Shown here in pieces: positions 19,866-28,844 of a stretch of 64,000 nucleotides of DNA (its first letter is position 1; each line of letters opens with the position of its first letter). The notes under the pieces are model-generated. The model saw only the letters and a list, made by a program, of their open reading frames with translations. It was not told where the DNA came from and ran no database searches. Made by a program: the position numbers and the translations under genes. Source of the stretch: Bacteroidota bacterium (lineage in GTDB: Bacteria; Bacteroidota; Bacteroidia; B-17B0; Aurantibacillaceae); assembly GCA_043719555.1 (NCBI GenBank), contig JAYSTR010000085.1, forward strand, positions 672 through 64,671, read 5' to 3'.

Positions 19866-20372
19866 TTATTTCTTTAGAAGATTAGAGTCCTTTTTCATGA
19901 ATGATGTTTGTGTTTTTTTAATTTCCAACAATATTGAATCTAAATTGTTTTTTCTTAACGCTTCAAACTGCTCGATGTTTATAGTTGTCGGATTATTTAA
20001 TTGTTTATTCGAGTAATAAATTGAAATAACTGTCGACAAAATAGATATTAAAATAGCGACTATAGCAAAATAAGTAGCTTGTATAGACGATTTTCTAGCG
20101 CTTTGTAATTCGTGAAATTCCAATAAATGAAAATAACCTGATTGTTCTAAGAAAAATGTCTGATTAGGATTAATTGGTGCATTTTGATTATTTCCACCTG
20201 GGCTTTCCAAAGATATATATAGTGCGGCAAAGAATTGTCTTAAAGCAAATTCTTCGTATTCATAGCCATTGTCCTTGAGATGTTTTTCTAATTCAGGAAA
20301 TTTAAATGGTTTGCCAATATTGTCTTTGCCGAATTGTAATACGGCAATATATAAATCATCATTTGTTTTCAT
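19866..20372 (-). CDS. Hypothetical single-pass membrane protein (orphan, cassette-borne candidate)
   Basis: The ORF track starts at the GTG at 20396. The ATG at 20372 (MKTNDDLY...) is more plausible because the GTG lies inside the flanking repeat. One TM helix (YFAIVAILISILSTVISIYY). Confidence 0.55.
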   Translation of the reverse strand: MKTNDDLYIAVLQFGKDNIGKPFKFPELEKHLKDNGYEYEEFALRQFFAALYISLESPGGNNQNAPINPNQTFFLEQSGYFHLLEFHELQSARKSSIQATYFAIVAILISILSTVISIYYSNKQLNNPTTINIEQFEALRKNNLDSILLEIKKTQTSFMKKDSNLLKK

Positions 20373-20392
20373 ATGCTTGTTGTTTAACGCTT

Positions 20393-20458
20393 GCACCTAA
20401 CTAGGTTATAGACGCTACTTTATAGCGCAAATCCCATCACCGTTAGTTGTATAGGTGC
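20393..20458 (-). repeat. attC/attI-like site C upstream of ORF 19866-20372
   Basis: A 66-nt element closed by GCACCTA (20393-20399) / TAGGTGC (20452-20458), with an inner CTAAC (20397-20401) / GTTAG (20442-20446). It overlaps two ~21-nt direct repeats. Confidence 0.35.
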
Positions 20459-20533
20459 TACTTTGTATCGCATAGTTATTTGTCAAATGTAATGGTTTTG
20501 TTATCGGTATCAAATAGTAAATTATTCAAAACA

Positions 20534-20566
20534 AAAAAGCTTCGAGTTATATACCCGAAGCTTTTT
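20534..20566 (-). terminator. Rho-independent terminator after eno
   Basis: aaaaagcttcg / cgaagcttttt hairpin directly downstream of the eno stop. Confidence 0.6.
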
Positions 20567-20582
20567 ACAATTTATAGTAAAA

Positions 20583-21884
<1,302 letters not shown>

Positions 21885-22042
21885 TTAAAAGTTTGCTAAA
21901 ATTACTTATTCTTTTTAAAATAATGAGTTGTTTTTTTAGAATTAATCTGCAAAAAAAGCGCTATTATTTTTGTAGTTATCAGTTAAATAAAAAATCCTAA
22001 CTCTATTGAGTTAGGATTTGATTTATTTGTTAAAGATAAATC

Positions 22043-22906
22043 TTAGTTTTCGATAGAAATAACTAAGTATTTAGAGTTAGACCAGAATGACTCAGGATTA
22101 GTAATTTCAATTTTTTCAATTGTTTTTTCGCCAATTAATTTATAAGAATTGCTTGGGTGATTTGAAATAACTTTTGCTTTTTTAGCGCCAATATTGATAG
22201 ATGTAGTTGTAGAAGCATCAATTTTAGTAAAGTAATCTTTATTAAAATCATCTTTTAATTTTGTTGATTTTCCTAAACCAATAAATCCGCCTTCTTTAGT
22301 AATGACGTTTTTTTCTTTTAACTCTTTAGTTGTTCCTAAAGCGTAATAAGCTGTATTTAATTTTTCAGTTTTTTCAGTGCTTTCAGCTTCTACGTGCTCT
22401 AAGTTCATTACGATGTTGCTTAACTCAATGTTTTTAGCTTCTAATTGAGATTTTAATTCAGCAATTTCGCTATCCTTAGCTGTAACTTGGCTTTCTAAGT
22501 TTGCTATCATTTCTTCTAAACCAGCAATTTTAGATTTTGCTTTTTTCAATTTAGAACTTAATGATCCAATACGGTTTTTGTTTTTTGCTAATAAATCGTA
22601 AATAGCTTGAATGTCTTCTTTAATTTGACCTTCTTTACTTTTTACATCACCACTTGCTGAGGCGTTTGATACAATTTTTTCTTTTTCTTTAATTGCAGTT
22701 AAATTTTCTTGAATTTCATTAAAAGACGAAATGAATTCTTGAATAGCTGCTTCTTTTTCAGTTAATTTTCCGTTTAATCCATCATTTACAGATGATAAAC
22801 TATCTGCTAAAGGGTTTTCTTCTTTTTCGGCAGTGCCACAAGAAGTATTAAATAAGGTTGAAGCTGATAATACAGCCGCTGCTAAAAATAATTTTATTTT
22901 GTTCAT
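22043..22906 (-). CDS. Coiled-coil lipoprotein conserved in Bacteroidota
   Basis: Lipobox LFNTSC, a central heptad-rich region and a globular C-terminus (AYYALGTTKELKEKNVI). Confidence 0.6.
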   Translation of the reverse strand: MNKIKLFLAAAVLSASTLFNTSCGTAEKEENPLADSLSSVNDGLNGKLTEKEAAIQEFISSFNEIQENLTAIKEKEKIVSNASASGDVKSKEGQIKEDIQAIYDLLAKNKNRIGSLSSKLKKAKSKIAGLEEMIANLESQVTAKDSEIAELKSQLEAKNIELSNIVMNLEHVEAESTEKTEKLNTAYYALGTTKELKEKNVITKEGGFIGLGKSTKLKDDFNKDYFTKIDASTTTSINIGAKKAKVISNHPSNSYKLIGEKTIEKIEITNPESFWSNSKYLVISIEN

Positions 22907-23030
22907 AGTTAATTTTTATAAAGTTCGAATTTAACAATTAATTCCTTAGAGTTATTTTAGTAACCCTAATATTTACATTTTTTATCTTTTAAGATTAGAT
23001 TATATTTGTTTTATCGCCAAATCAAGCCAT

Positions 23031-23624
23031 ATGTTCAACAAATTTTCAGTTTTGCCCTATATAATTGTTTGTGTTTTAACTTTAATTATTGGATGGTTTT
23101 TGTTTTCGAAAAAGGAACCCAGCGAAAAAATTATAGAAAATAACCACATTTTCATTTCTAAAATTCAAGCAATTGGAAAATTAGAGTTAGTAAAGTTATC
23201 CATTAAAGATATTTTGGAATATAATATTCGACGCAAGTTTTTACCCGATTCAAAAGTATTATTAGTTGTTAGTGGTGAAATGGCAGGATGTATTGATTTA
23301 ACAAAAATAGATTCGAGTAAGATACAAATTAATGATTCTGTTGTAATCGTTTCGTTGCCAAAGCCCGAAGTGTGTTATTATAAAATTGATCATCAAAAAA
23401 GTAAAATATATAATGCTCAAACTTATTTTATGTTGGATAACGAAATTGAATTGACTCAAATGGTTTATAAACGTGCTGAAAATTATTTTAAAGGTGATAG
23501 TTTAAATCAAATTGTATTTACTGAAACTGAAAAAAATGCCTATTTAATTTTAAAGCCATTATTACAATCCATCACCAAAAAAGATGTAATATTAAGATTT
23601 AATAAACAGTCTATTAAACATTAA
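23031..23624 (+). CDS. DUF4230-like membrane-anchored protein
   Basis: N-terminal TM helix, then IQAIGKLELVKLSIKDILEY, which is typical of DUF4230. Confidence 0.6.
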   Translation: MFNKFSVLPYIIVCVLTLIIGWFLFSKKEPSEKIIENNHIFISKIQAIGKLELVKLSIKDILEYNIRRKFLPDSKVLLVVSGEMAGCIDLTKIDSSKIQINDSVVIVSLPKPEVCYYKIDHQKSKIYNAQTYFMLDNEIELTQMVYKRAENYFKGDSLNQIVFTETEKNAYLILKPLLQSITKKDVILRFNKQSIKH

Positions 23625-23626
23625 TA

Positions 23627-24160
23627 GTGAGTAATACCTTAAAAAATATTTTAAGTGTTATTTTTTTAACTGGATTATTGATTCATTTTTCGTTTGTTTT
23701 TGTTTTTACGTCGCCTTTATTTAACAATAAACGCTTAAAGGGAATTAGCCAAAATTACTGTTATCCTTATTTTTATCAATCCTGGAGTTTATTTACTCCG
23801 GTGCCAACCTGTAAACACCAAGTGTTTGTGCGGTATTATCAAAATAATGAGTGGAGCCATTTTGAAGACATATTTACTAAGGAACAAAATAAACATCAAA
23901 AAAATCGTTTTTTAGGAAATGAGAATATCGTCTTAATGTTTTCTAACTCCTTAAGTTATTTACAGCCATTTTTACTTTCGAAATCGGCTATACATCTATT
24001 TCCTTCAACAAAAGAAATAGATATTGTATTATTTGAGTTAAATCAATATTTGAAAATGAATATGCATTTAAAGGAAAATACAAATTATCAGGTATTATTT
24101 GTTACGACTCAGAAATCAACGGTTACAACACATTATTTTAATTATCTAACTATTAACTAA
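23627..24160 (+). CDS. Small membrane protein, DUF5819-like (HTTM-associated)
   Basis: N-terminal TM helix, then a QSWSLFTPVP motif. It starts 2 nt after the upstream gene and lies 21 nt before the HTTM-like gene. Confidence 0.45.
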   Translation: MSNTLKNILSVIFLTGLLIHFSFVFVFTSPLFNNKRLKGISQNYCYPYFYQSWSLFTPVPTCKHQVFVRYYQNNEWSHFEDIFTKEQNKHQKNRFLGNENIVLMFSNSLSYLQPFLLSKSAIHLFPSTKEIDIVLFELNQYLKMNMHLKENTNYQVLFVTTQKSTVTTHYFNYLTIN

Positions 24161-24181
24161 CTGAAATTAATTACCACATAT

Positions 24182-25003
24182 TTGTTTAATAAAATGAATC
24201 AATCGCGCGAGGTGAAATGGTTTCAAAATGGCCTAGCGTTATTTTTATTATATAAAATTATTATTTATACCAGTCAGTTTGATCTATTATTTTCGGGTCA
24301 TGCCTTTATTTATAACCAACCATACCATTCGCATTCATATGTTGATATTGCATTTTTATTAACTAATTTTTTTACTCCTCAACTAGCTTGTGTCGCTCTA
24401 TTTGTAGTAGGTTTCATTTCTATACTCGTATTATTTAATATTTCTAATTATGGTTTTAAAATTTTATTATGGCTTACAGTAGTTAATTTAAACAACTATT
24501 TATATCCTATTATTACCTCTGGCGATTATTTATTAAATCAATTTCTATTATTCAATATTTTTCTAAATCCCAATATACTTAAACCATCTTCTGCTCTTGC
24601 TGATTTTAAAATGGCTTTGCATAATATATCGCTATTAGGAATTAAAGTACAAATATGCTTGGCGTATTTAGTTGCAGGTATTTTTAAATTGAAGGATGCA
24701 GATTGGCTTAGTGGACAAGCAATAGCTCAAATTATACAGATTCCTGTTTTTAGCTGTGAGTTTTTACGGACTATACCAACAAGTATTTTGGTAGTTAGCA
24801 CGTGGTTTGTTATTATGTATCAGCTTTTATTTCCGCTATTAGTTTGGAATCGCAATTTTAAAATATACATATTATCTCTGGGAATTATCCAACATGTGGT
24901 AATTGCCTTTGGTTTGGGATTATTTAGTTTTGGAGTACTGATGATATTAAGCTATATCCTATTTTTAAGATACGACTATCAATCAAATACAACTAAGATT
25001 TAA
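24182..25003 (+). CDS. Multi-pass membrane protein, HTTM-domain-like
   Basis: About 7 predicted TM helices. Its position next to a DUF5819-like gene matches the usual bacterial HTTM neighbourhood. Assignment is by eye only. Confidence 0.45.
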   Translation: MFNKMNQSREVKWFQNGLALFLLYKIIIYTSQFDLLFSGHAFIYNQPYHSHSYVDIAFLLTNFFTPQLACVALFVVGFISILVLFNISNYGFKILLWLTVVNLNNYLYPIITSGDYLLNQFLLFNIFLNPNILKPSSALADFKMALHNISLLGIKVQICLAYLVAGIFKLKDADWLSGQAIAQIIQIPVFSCEFLRTIPTSILVVSTWFVIMYQLLFPLLVWNRNFKIYILSLGIIQHVVIAFGLGLFSFGVLMILSYILFLRYDYQSNTTKI

Positions 25004-25655
25004 TTTTTACCGATTTTACTTTTTTAGTTTCTGCTAAAAGTATAGGCATAATAATAACAGTTGGGCCAAGCCACAATACAACTGATGGCAAAGGAATGTA
25101 TTCACTTTGATTAACTATAAAAGCAGTAATTGCACCTATATAGCTACCGCACATATTACCTATATGTACTTTAAGCCATACAAGAGTTTCTTTAGGAGGT
25201 GTAAGTAAACGCACAGTGTTTTTATATACACCATAAATTCCCATAGTTCCGAATACAAATGGAATTAAGGTTTCCATAGAATTATTTTTTATATAATAAT
25301 ATACTGCAAAGACAACCAATCCTAAAAAAGCAATACCTGCAATTACTTCAATAACCCAATCTATTAATTCAGGTTTTTGAGAGATGTTTAATTGTTTTAA
25401 TTTTAATGCGCGATACGCTACACATATAGCGTAGTAGGTAAACACAGCAATTAAAAATAAGAAGATATTGTTTTTGTATAACGAAATATAAACGCCTGTT
25501 ACAAAAATAATAGTCATGCAAACAAAGTATATTTTACCAACGATTCGGTGTTTAGGAGTATTGTTTTTTAAAGCTATAGCTGTTCCGCCAAAAATTAAAG
25601 CGCCAATACCTGCAATAACATGAATAATTAAGGAGATTTTAATAAATAATGCCAT
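24993..25655 (-). CDS. DUF2306-like integral membrane protein
   Basis: IIHVIAGIGALIFGG...KHRIVGKIYF pattern and six hydrophobic helices. Its 3' end overlaps the convergent gene by 11 nt. Confidence 0.5.
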   Translation of the reverse strand: MALFIKISLIIHVIAGIGALIFGGTAIALKNNTPKHRIVGKIYFVCMTIIFVTGVYISLYKNNIFLFLIAVFTYYAICVAYRALKLKQLNISQKPELIDWVIEVIAGIAFLGLVVFAVYYYIKNNSMETLIPFVFGTMGIYGVYKNTVRLLTPPKETLVWLKVHIGNMCGSYIGAITAFIVNQSEYIPLPSVVLWLGPTVIIMPILLAETKKVKSVKIKS

Positions 25656-25662
25656 AAACGTA

Positions 25663-26976
25663 TTACACTAAATCACCATATAAATCAAAATCACTCGCAT
25701 CTGTAATTTTCACGTTTGCAAAATCGCCTATACGCACATAATTTGTATCAGTAGCTTTCACCAATACTTCGTTATCTACATCGGGGCTATCAAATTCCGT
25801 TCGGCCTACAAAATAATCGTTTTCTTTTCTATCAAATAAAACTTTGTATGTTTTGCCAATCTTTTCTTGATTTAAATTATAAGAAATTTCTTGTTGAACT
25901 TTCATGACTGCATCAGCACGTTCTTTTTTCACTTTCTCTTTCACATCATCTTTTAATAAATGCGCGTGCGTATTTTCTTCGTGCGAATAAGTGAAAATTC
26001 CTAAGCGTTCAAATTTAGTATCAGCAACCCATTGTAACATTTCTTCGTGGTCTTGCTTTGTCTCGCCCGGATAGCCTGCAATTAATGTTGTACGAATGGC
26101 AATACCTGGAACTTTATCTCTAATTTGATTTACTGTATCAATCGTTTTTTGTTTAGTAATACCACGGCGCATACTCGTTAACATATTATCTGTAATATGT
26201 TGCAATGGCATATCTAAATAATTACAAACGTTTTTGCGTTTATTCATTACATCTAACACATCCATCGGGAATCCACTAGGGAATGCATAATGCAAACGAA
26301 TCCAATCTATACCTTCTACATCACTTAACTGATCAACTAAATTAGCTAATTCGCGTTTTTTGTAAATATCTAATCCGTAATACGTTAAATCTTGTGCAAT
26401 TAATAATAACTCGCGTGTTCCTTTACTAGCAAGTAATTTAGCGCGTTGAACTAATGCCTCGATAGGTTCTGAAATATGTTTACCACGCATTAATGGTATG
26501 GCACAAAATGAACAAGGTCTGTCGCAACCTTCACTAATTTTAAAATAAGCAAAATGATTTGGAGTGGTTAATAAACGCTCACCAACTAATTCTTTTTTAT
26601 AATCAGCTTTTAAGGTTTTTAAAATTTTCGGTAATTCGCGGGTACCAAAATAAGCATCCACATCTGGAATTTCTTTTTCTAAATCCGATTTATAACGCTC
26701 GCTTAAGCATCCTGTAACATATAATTTTTCAATACTACCTTCTTTTTTCGCTTCTACATAACGTAAAATAGTATCAATACTTTCTTGCTTAGCATTTTCA
26801 ACAAAACCACAGGTATTAATAATAACAATGTTATGATTATCGTCTTCACTTTCGTGTTCAACATCAAAGTTATTGGCTTTTAATTGCCCCATTAATACTT
26901 CGCTATCTACAATGTTTTTACTGCAACCTAAGGTTACAACATTAACGCTATTTTTTTTACGTGTTTTAGTTTTCAT
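25663..26976 (-). CDS. rimO: Ribosomal protein S12 methylthiotransferase RimO
   Basis: MTTase N-terminal domain (VNVVTLGCSKN), radical SAM CxxxCxxC motif (CDRPCSFC) and a TRAM C-terminus. Confidence 0.9.
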   Translation of the reverse strand: MKTKTRKKNSVNVVTLGCSKNIVDSEVLMGQLKANNFDVEHESEDDNHNIVIINTCGFVENAKQESIDTILRYVEAKKEGSIEKLYVTGCLSERYKSDLEKEIPDVDAYFGTRELPKILKTLKADYKKELVGERLLTTPNHFAYFKISEGCDRPCSFCAIPLMRGKHISEPIEALVQRAKLLASKGTRELLLIAQDLTYYGLDIYKKRELANLVDQLSDVEGIDWIRLHYAFPSGFPMDVLDVMNKRKNVCNYLDMPLQHITDNMLTSMRRGITKQKTIDTVNQIRDKVPGIAIRTTLIAGYPGETKQDHEEMLQWVADTKFERLGIFTYSHEENTHAHLLKDDVKEKVKKERADAVMKVQQEISYNLNQEKIGKTYKVLFDRKENDYFVGRTEFDSPDVDNEVLVKATDTNYVRIGDFANVKITDASDFDLYGDLV

Positions 26977-27035
26977 GCTTTTGCAAAGATACCACTTTTT
27001 AAGTTAAGATGTTGTGTGGGTTTTTGTGAAGTCGA

Positions 27036-27779
27036 TTAACTATTTAATATCTCCCAAGCCTTATCCGCCTGAAGTTTTAGCATATTTAAGCCATTAATAG
27101 TAACAGCTCCTTTTTCTTTTCCTAATGCTAAAAATTTTGTTTCGGAAGGATTATAAATTAAATCGTATAATAAATGATCTGATGATATAAACTGATAGGG
27201 AATATCTGGATGCCCATTAACTAGCGGAAACATTCCAATAGGCGTACAGTTCACGATTAATTTAAAGGCATTAAAAACGTGTTCATTTAGCTCATTATAA
27301 TTAAAACTATTAGATTGAGTTTTTTGTTTACTTGTTACAAAATAAACATCAACGCCAATGTTTTTCAACGCATAAGCAATAGCTTTAGAAGCACCACCAG
27401 TGCCTAGTATCAAAGCCTTTTGATGCATTGGCTCTAAAAAAGGTTTGATGCTTTGAGCAAAACCATAATAATCGGTGTTATAGCCGATTAAAAATGGCTG
27501 GTTGTCTTTTTTAATGATTTTAATAAAATTTACCGCACCAATTTCTTTAGCAGTTATATCCAGTTCATTGATAAAAGGAATAATTGATTCTTTGTAAGGC
27601 TTGGTAACATTTAATCCTGAAATATTATTATCAGAAACAATTTGGAGTAAGTTATCCAAAGTATCTAAATCAAAATTTGTGTAAGTATATCCTACAAGAT
27701 TTTCTTTAGAGAATTTTTCTTCGAAATATTTTTTAGAAAAAGAGTGGGCGAGTGATTGACCGATTAAACCTAAATTCAT
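27036..27779 (-). CDS. aroE: Shikimate dehydrogenase
   Basis: SHSFSKKYF and NVTKPYK motifs plus the GTGGASKA NADP-binding site. Confidence 0.85.
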   Translation of the reverse strand: MNLGLIGQSLAHSFSKKYFEEKFSKENLVGYTYTNFDLDTLDNLLQIVSDNNISGLNVTKPYKESIIPFINELDITAKEIGAVNFIKIIKKDNQPFLIGYNTDYYGFAQSIKPFLEPMHQKALILGTGGASKAIAYALKNIGVDVYFVTSKQKTQSNSFNYNELNEHVFNAFKLIVNCTPIGMFPLVNGHPDIPYQFISSDHLLYDLIYNPSETKFLALGKEKGAVTINGLNMLKLQADKAWEILNS

Positions 27780-27783
27780 CTAA

Positions 27784-28443
27784 TTAGTCTCTTTCGTCTA
27801 CAATTTGATCAGCTTTAAAAGGCTTAGTATCAAATACAAAGGCACCATCAGCAATTTCAACATTAGGCTTAAATGTTTTTATCTCATAAGTTTGAGTTGT
27901 ACCATCTTTCATTAACATAGTCATTTTAGCTACCTGTTTTTTTGTTTTATTTACATATAACTTAATTGTATGAAATTTCTTTTTTTCGGGTTTAACAGAT
28001 GGGAATAAATCAATTACTTGACATACAGTTGTACCAACTTTTTCATCATTGATGTATTTATATTTATAACCAGTTTCGTACAAGGTGAAAATTTTAGAAG
28101 GATTTAATTGATCTTCATTTGTAGCATCAAAGTTTTTAATTGTTACTTCGTTAGCATCTTTATTATTTGCCCAAATCGTTTTACCATCGCAAACAATTAA
28201 ATTACCAGGAATTTCCAATTTAAATTTAGAACCTTTAACCTGAACTTTACCAGTTTGTTTTTCTGTTTGTTTTTTTTCTTTATTTAAAATAGTAAATACA
28301 TAATCCGAAACTATAGTTTTGTAGGACTTTGTTGTTTTACTCAAATCATCAAGTATGGTTTTTGCTTTAGCATCATGATCTTGAGCAAAAGAATATTGTG
28401 TAGTAAAGGCAAGAATAAAAAATATAGAAAAAATGTGTTTCAT
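27784..28443 (-). CDS. lolA: LolA-like outer-membrane lipoprotein carrier protein
   Basis: Signal peptide, about 200 aa, and a LolA-fold pattern (GKVQVKGSKFKLEIPG...DGKTIW). Confidence 0.6.
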   Translation of the reverse strand: MKHIFSIFFILAFTTQYSFAQDHDAKAKTILDDLSKTTKSYKTIVSDYVFTILNKEKKQTEKQTGKVQVKGSKFKLEIPGNLIVCDGKTIWANNKDANEVTIKNFDATNEDQLNPSKIFTLYETGYKYKYINDEKVGTTVCQVIDLFPSVKPEKKKFHTIKLYVNKTKKQVAKMTMLMKDGTTQTYEIKTFKPNVEIADGAFVFDTKPFKADQIVDERD

Positions 28444-28582
28444 TATATGTTTGTTTTAAATTCGATGGAGGTATTTCAAGCCCCGTGCCAAATTGGGCTG
28501 TAAAAGTAGATAAAAAAGATTGGATGTGTTAACAAATGCTAAAGTAAAAATTGAAAAAAGTTTACTTTTTTTTGAAAAAAAC

Positions 28583-28612
28583 TTGCAGGAACAAAAATAA
28601 ACCTTAAATTTG
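28583..28612 (+). promoter_or_regulatory. Bacteroidota-type promoter for tRNA-Asp
   Basis: TTG at 28583-28585 and TAAATTTG at 28605-28612 with a 19-nt spacer, about 28 nt upstream of the tRNA. Confidence 0.55.
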
Positions 28613-28639
28613 CATCCTCAATTCGAAAGAGTTGGTGTT

Positions 28640-28713
28640 GGTCCGGTAGTTCAGCTGGTTAGAATGCCGCCCTGTCACGGCGGAGGTCGCGGGTTCGAGT
28701 CCCGTCCGGACCG
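28640..28713 (+). tRNA. tRNA-Asp (anticodon GUC)
   Basis: I folded the cloverleaf by hand. Acceptor GGTCCGG/CCGGACC, anticodon stem CCGCC/GGCGG with loop CTGTCAC, T loop TTCGAGT, discriminator G, no encoded CCA. Confidence 0.95.
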
Positions 28714-28724
28714 CTGAAAAAGTC

Positions 28725-28759
28725 AAAAAACCTTAAGTATTTTACTTAAGGTTTTTTTT
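28725..28759 (+). terminator. Terminator after tRNA-Asp
   Basis: aaccttaagta / tacttaaggtt hairpin plus a T run. Confidence 0.6.
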
Positions 28760-28844
28760 ATTTCCAAATATTTATATTGATTTTAATCAAAGATATTTAT
28801 AACAAAAAATGTAAATTTGTTATCTAAAAAAATCAACTCACATT

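Larger units (their letters stand above)
19007..20458 (-). mobile_element. Candidate integrase-less integron-like array of two gene cassettes (CALIN-like)
   Basis: Two orphan ORFs are each bracketed by a private inverted repeat with a GTTAG/CTAAC core. Read on the coding strand this is GTTAGGT-ORF-ACCTAAC and GTTAGCA-ORF-TGCTAAC. There are three attC/attI-like structured sites. The insert interrupts the core genes plsY and eno and contains locally G+C-richer sequence. Confidence 0.4.

Noticed and set aside
20373-20396. GTG start codon used by the ORF track for the 176-aa ORF.
   Set aside because: The GTG lies inside the GCACCTAAC flanking repeat, and the ATG at 20372 gives a more conventional N-terminus. 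I kept the shorter model, but the true start is unverified.
24993-25003. 11-nt overlap of the 3' ends of the convergent HTTM-like and DUF2306-like genes.
   Set aside because: Short convergent overlaps are common in compact genomes, and nothing suggests a regulatory role.
28640-28713. tRNA-Asp as a possible integration site for a genomic island.
   Set aside because: There is no integrase nearby and no direct repeat of the tRNA 3' end. The flanking genes (a lolA-like gene and pruA) are ordinary core genes.
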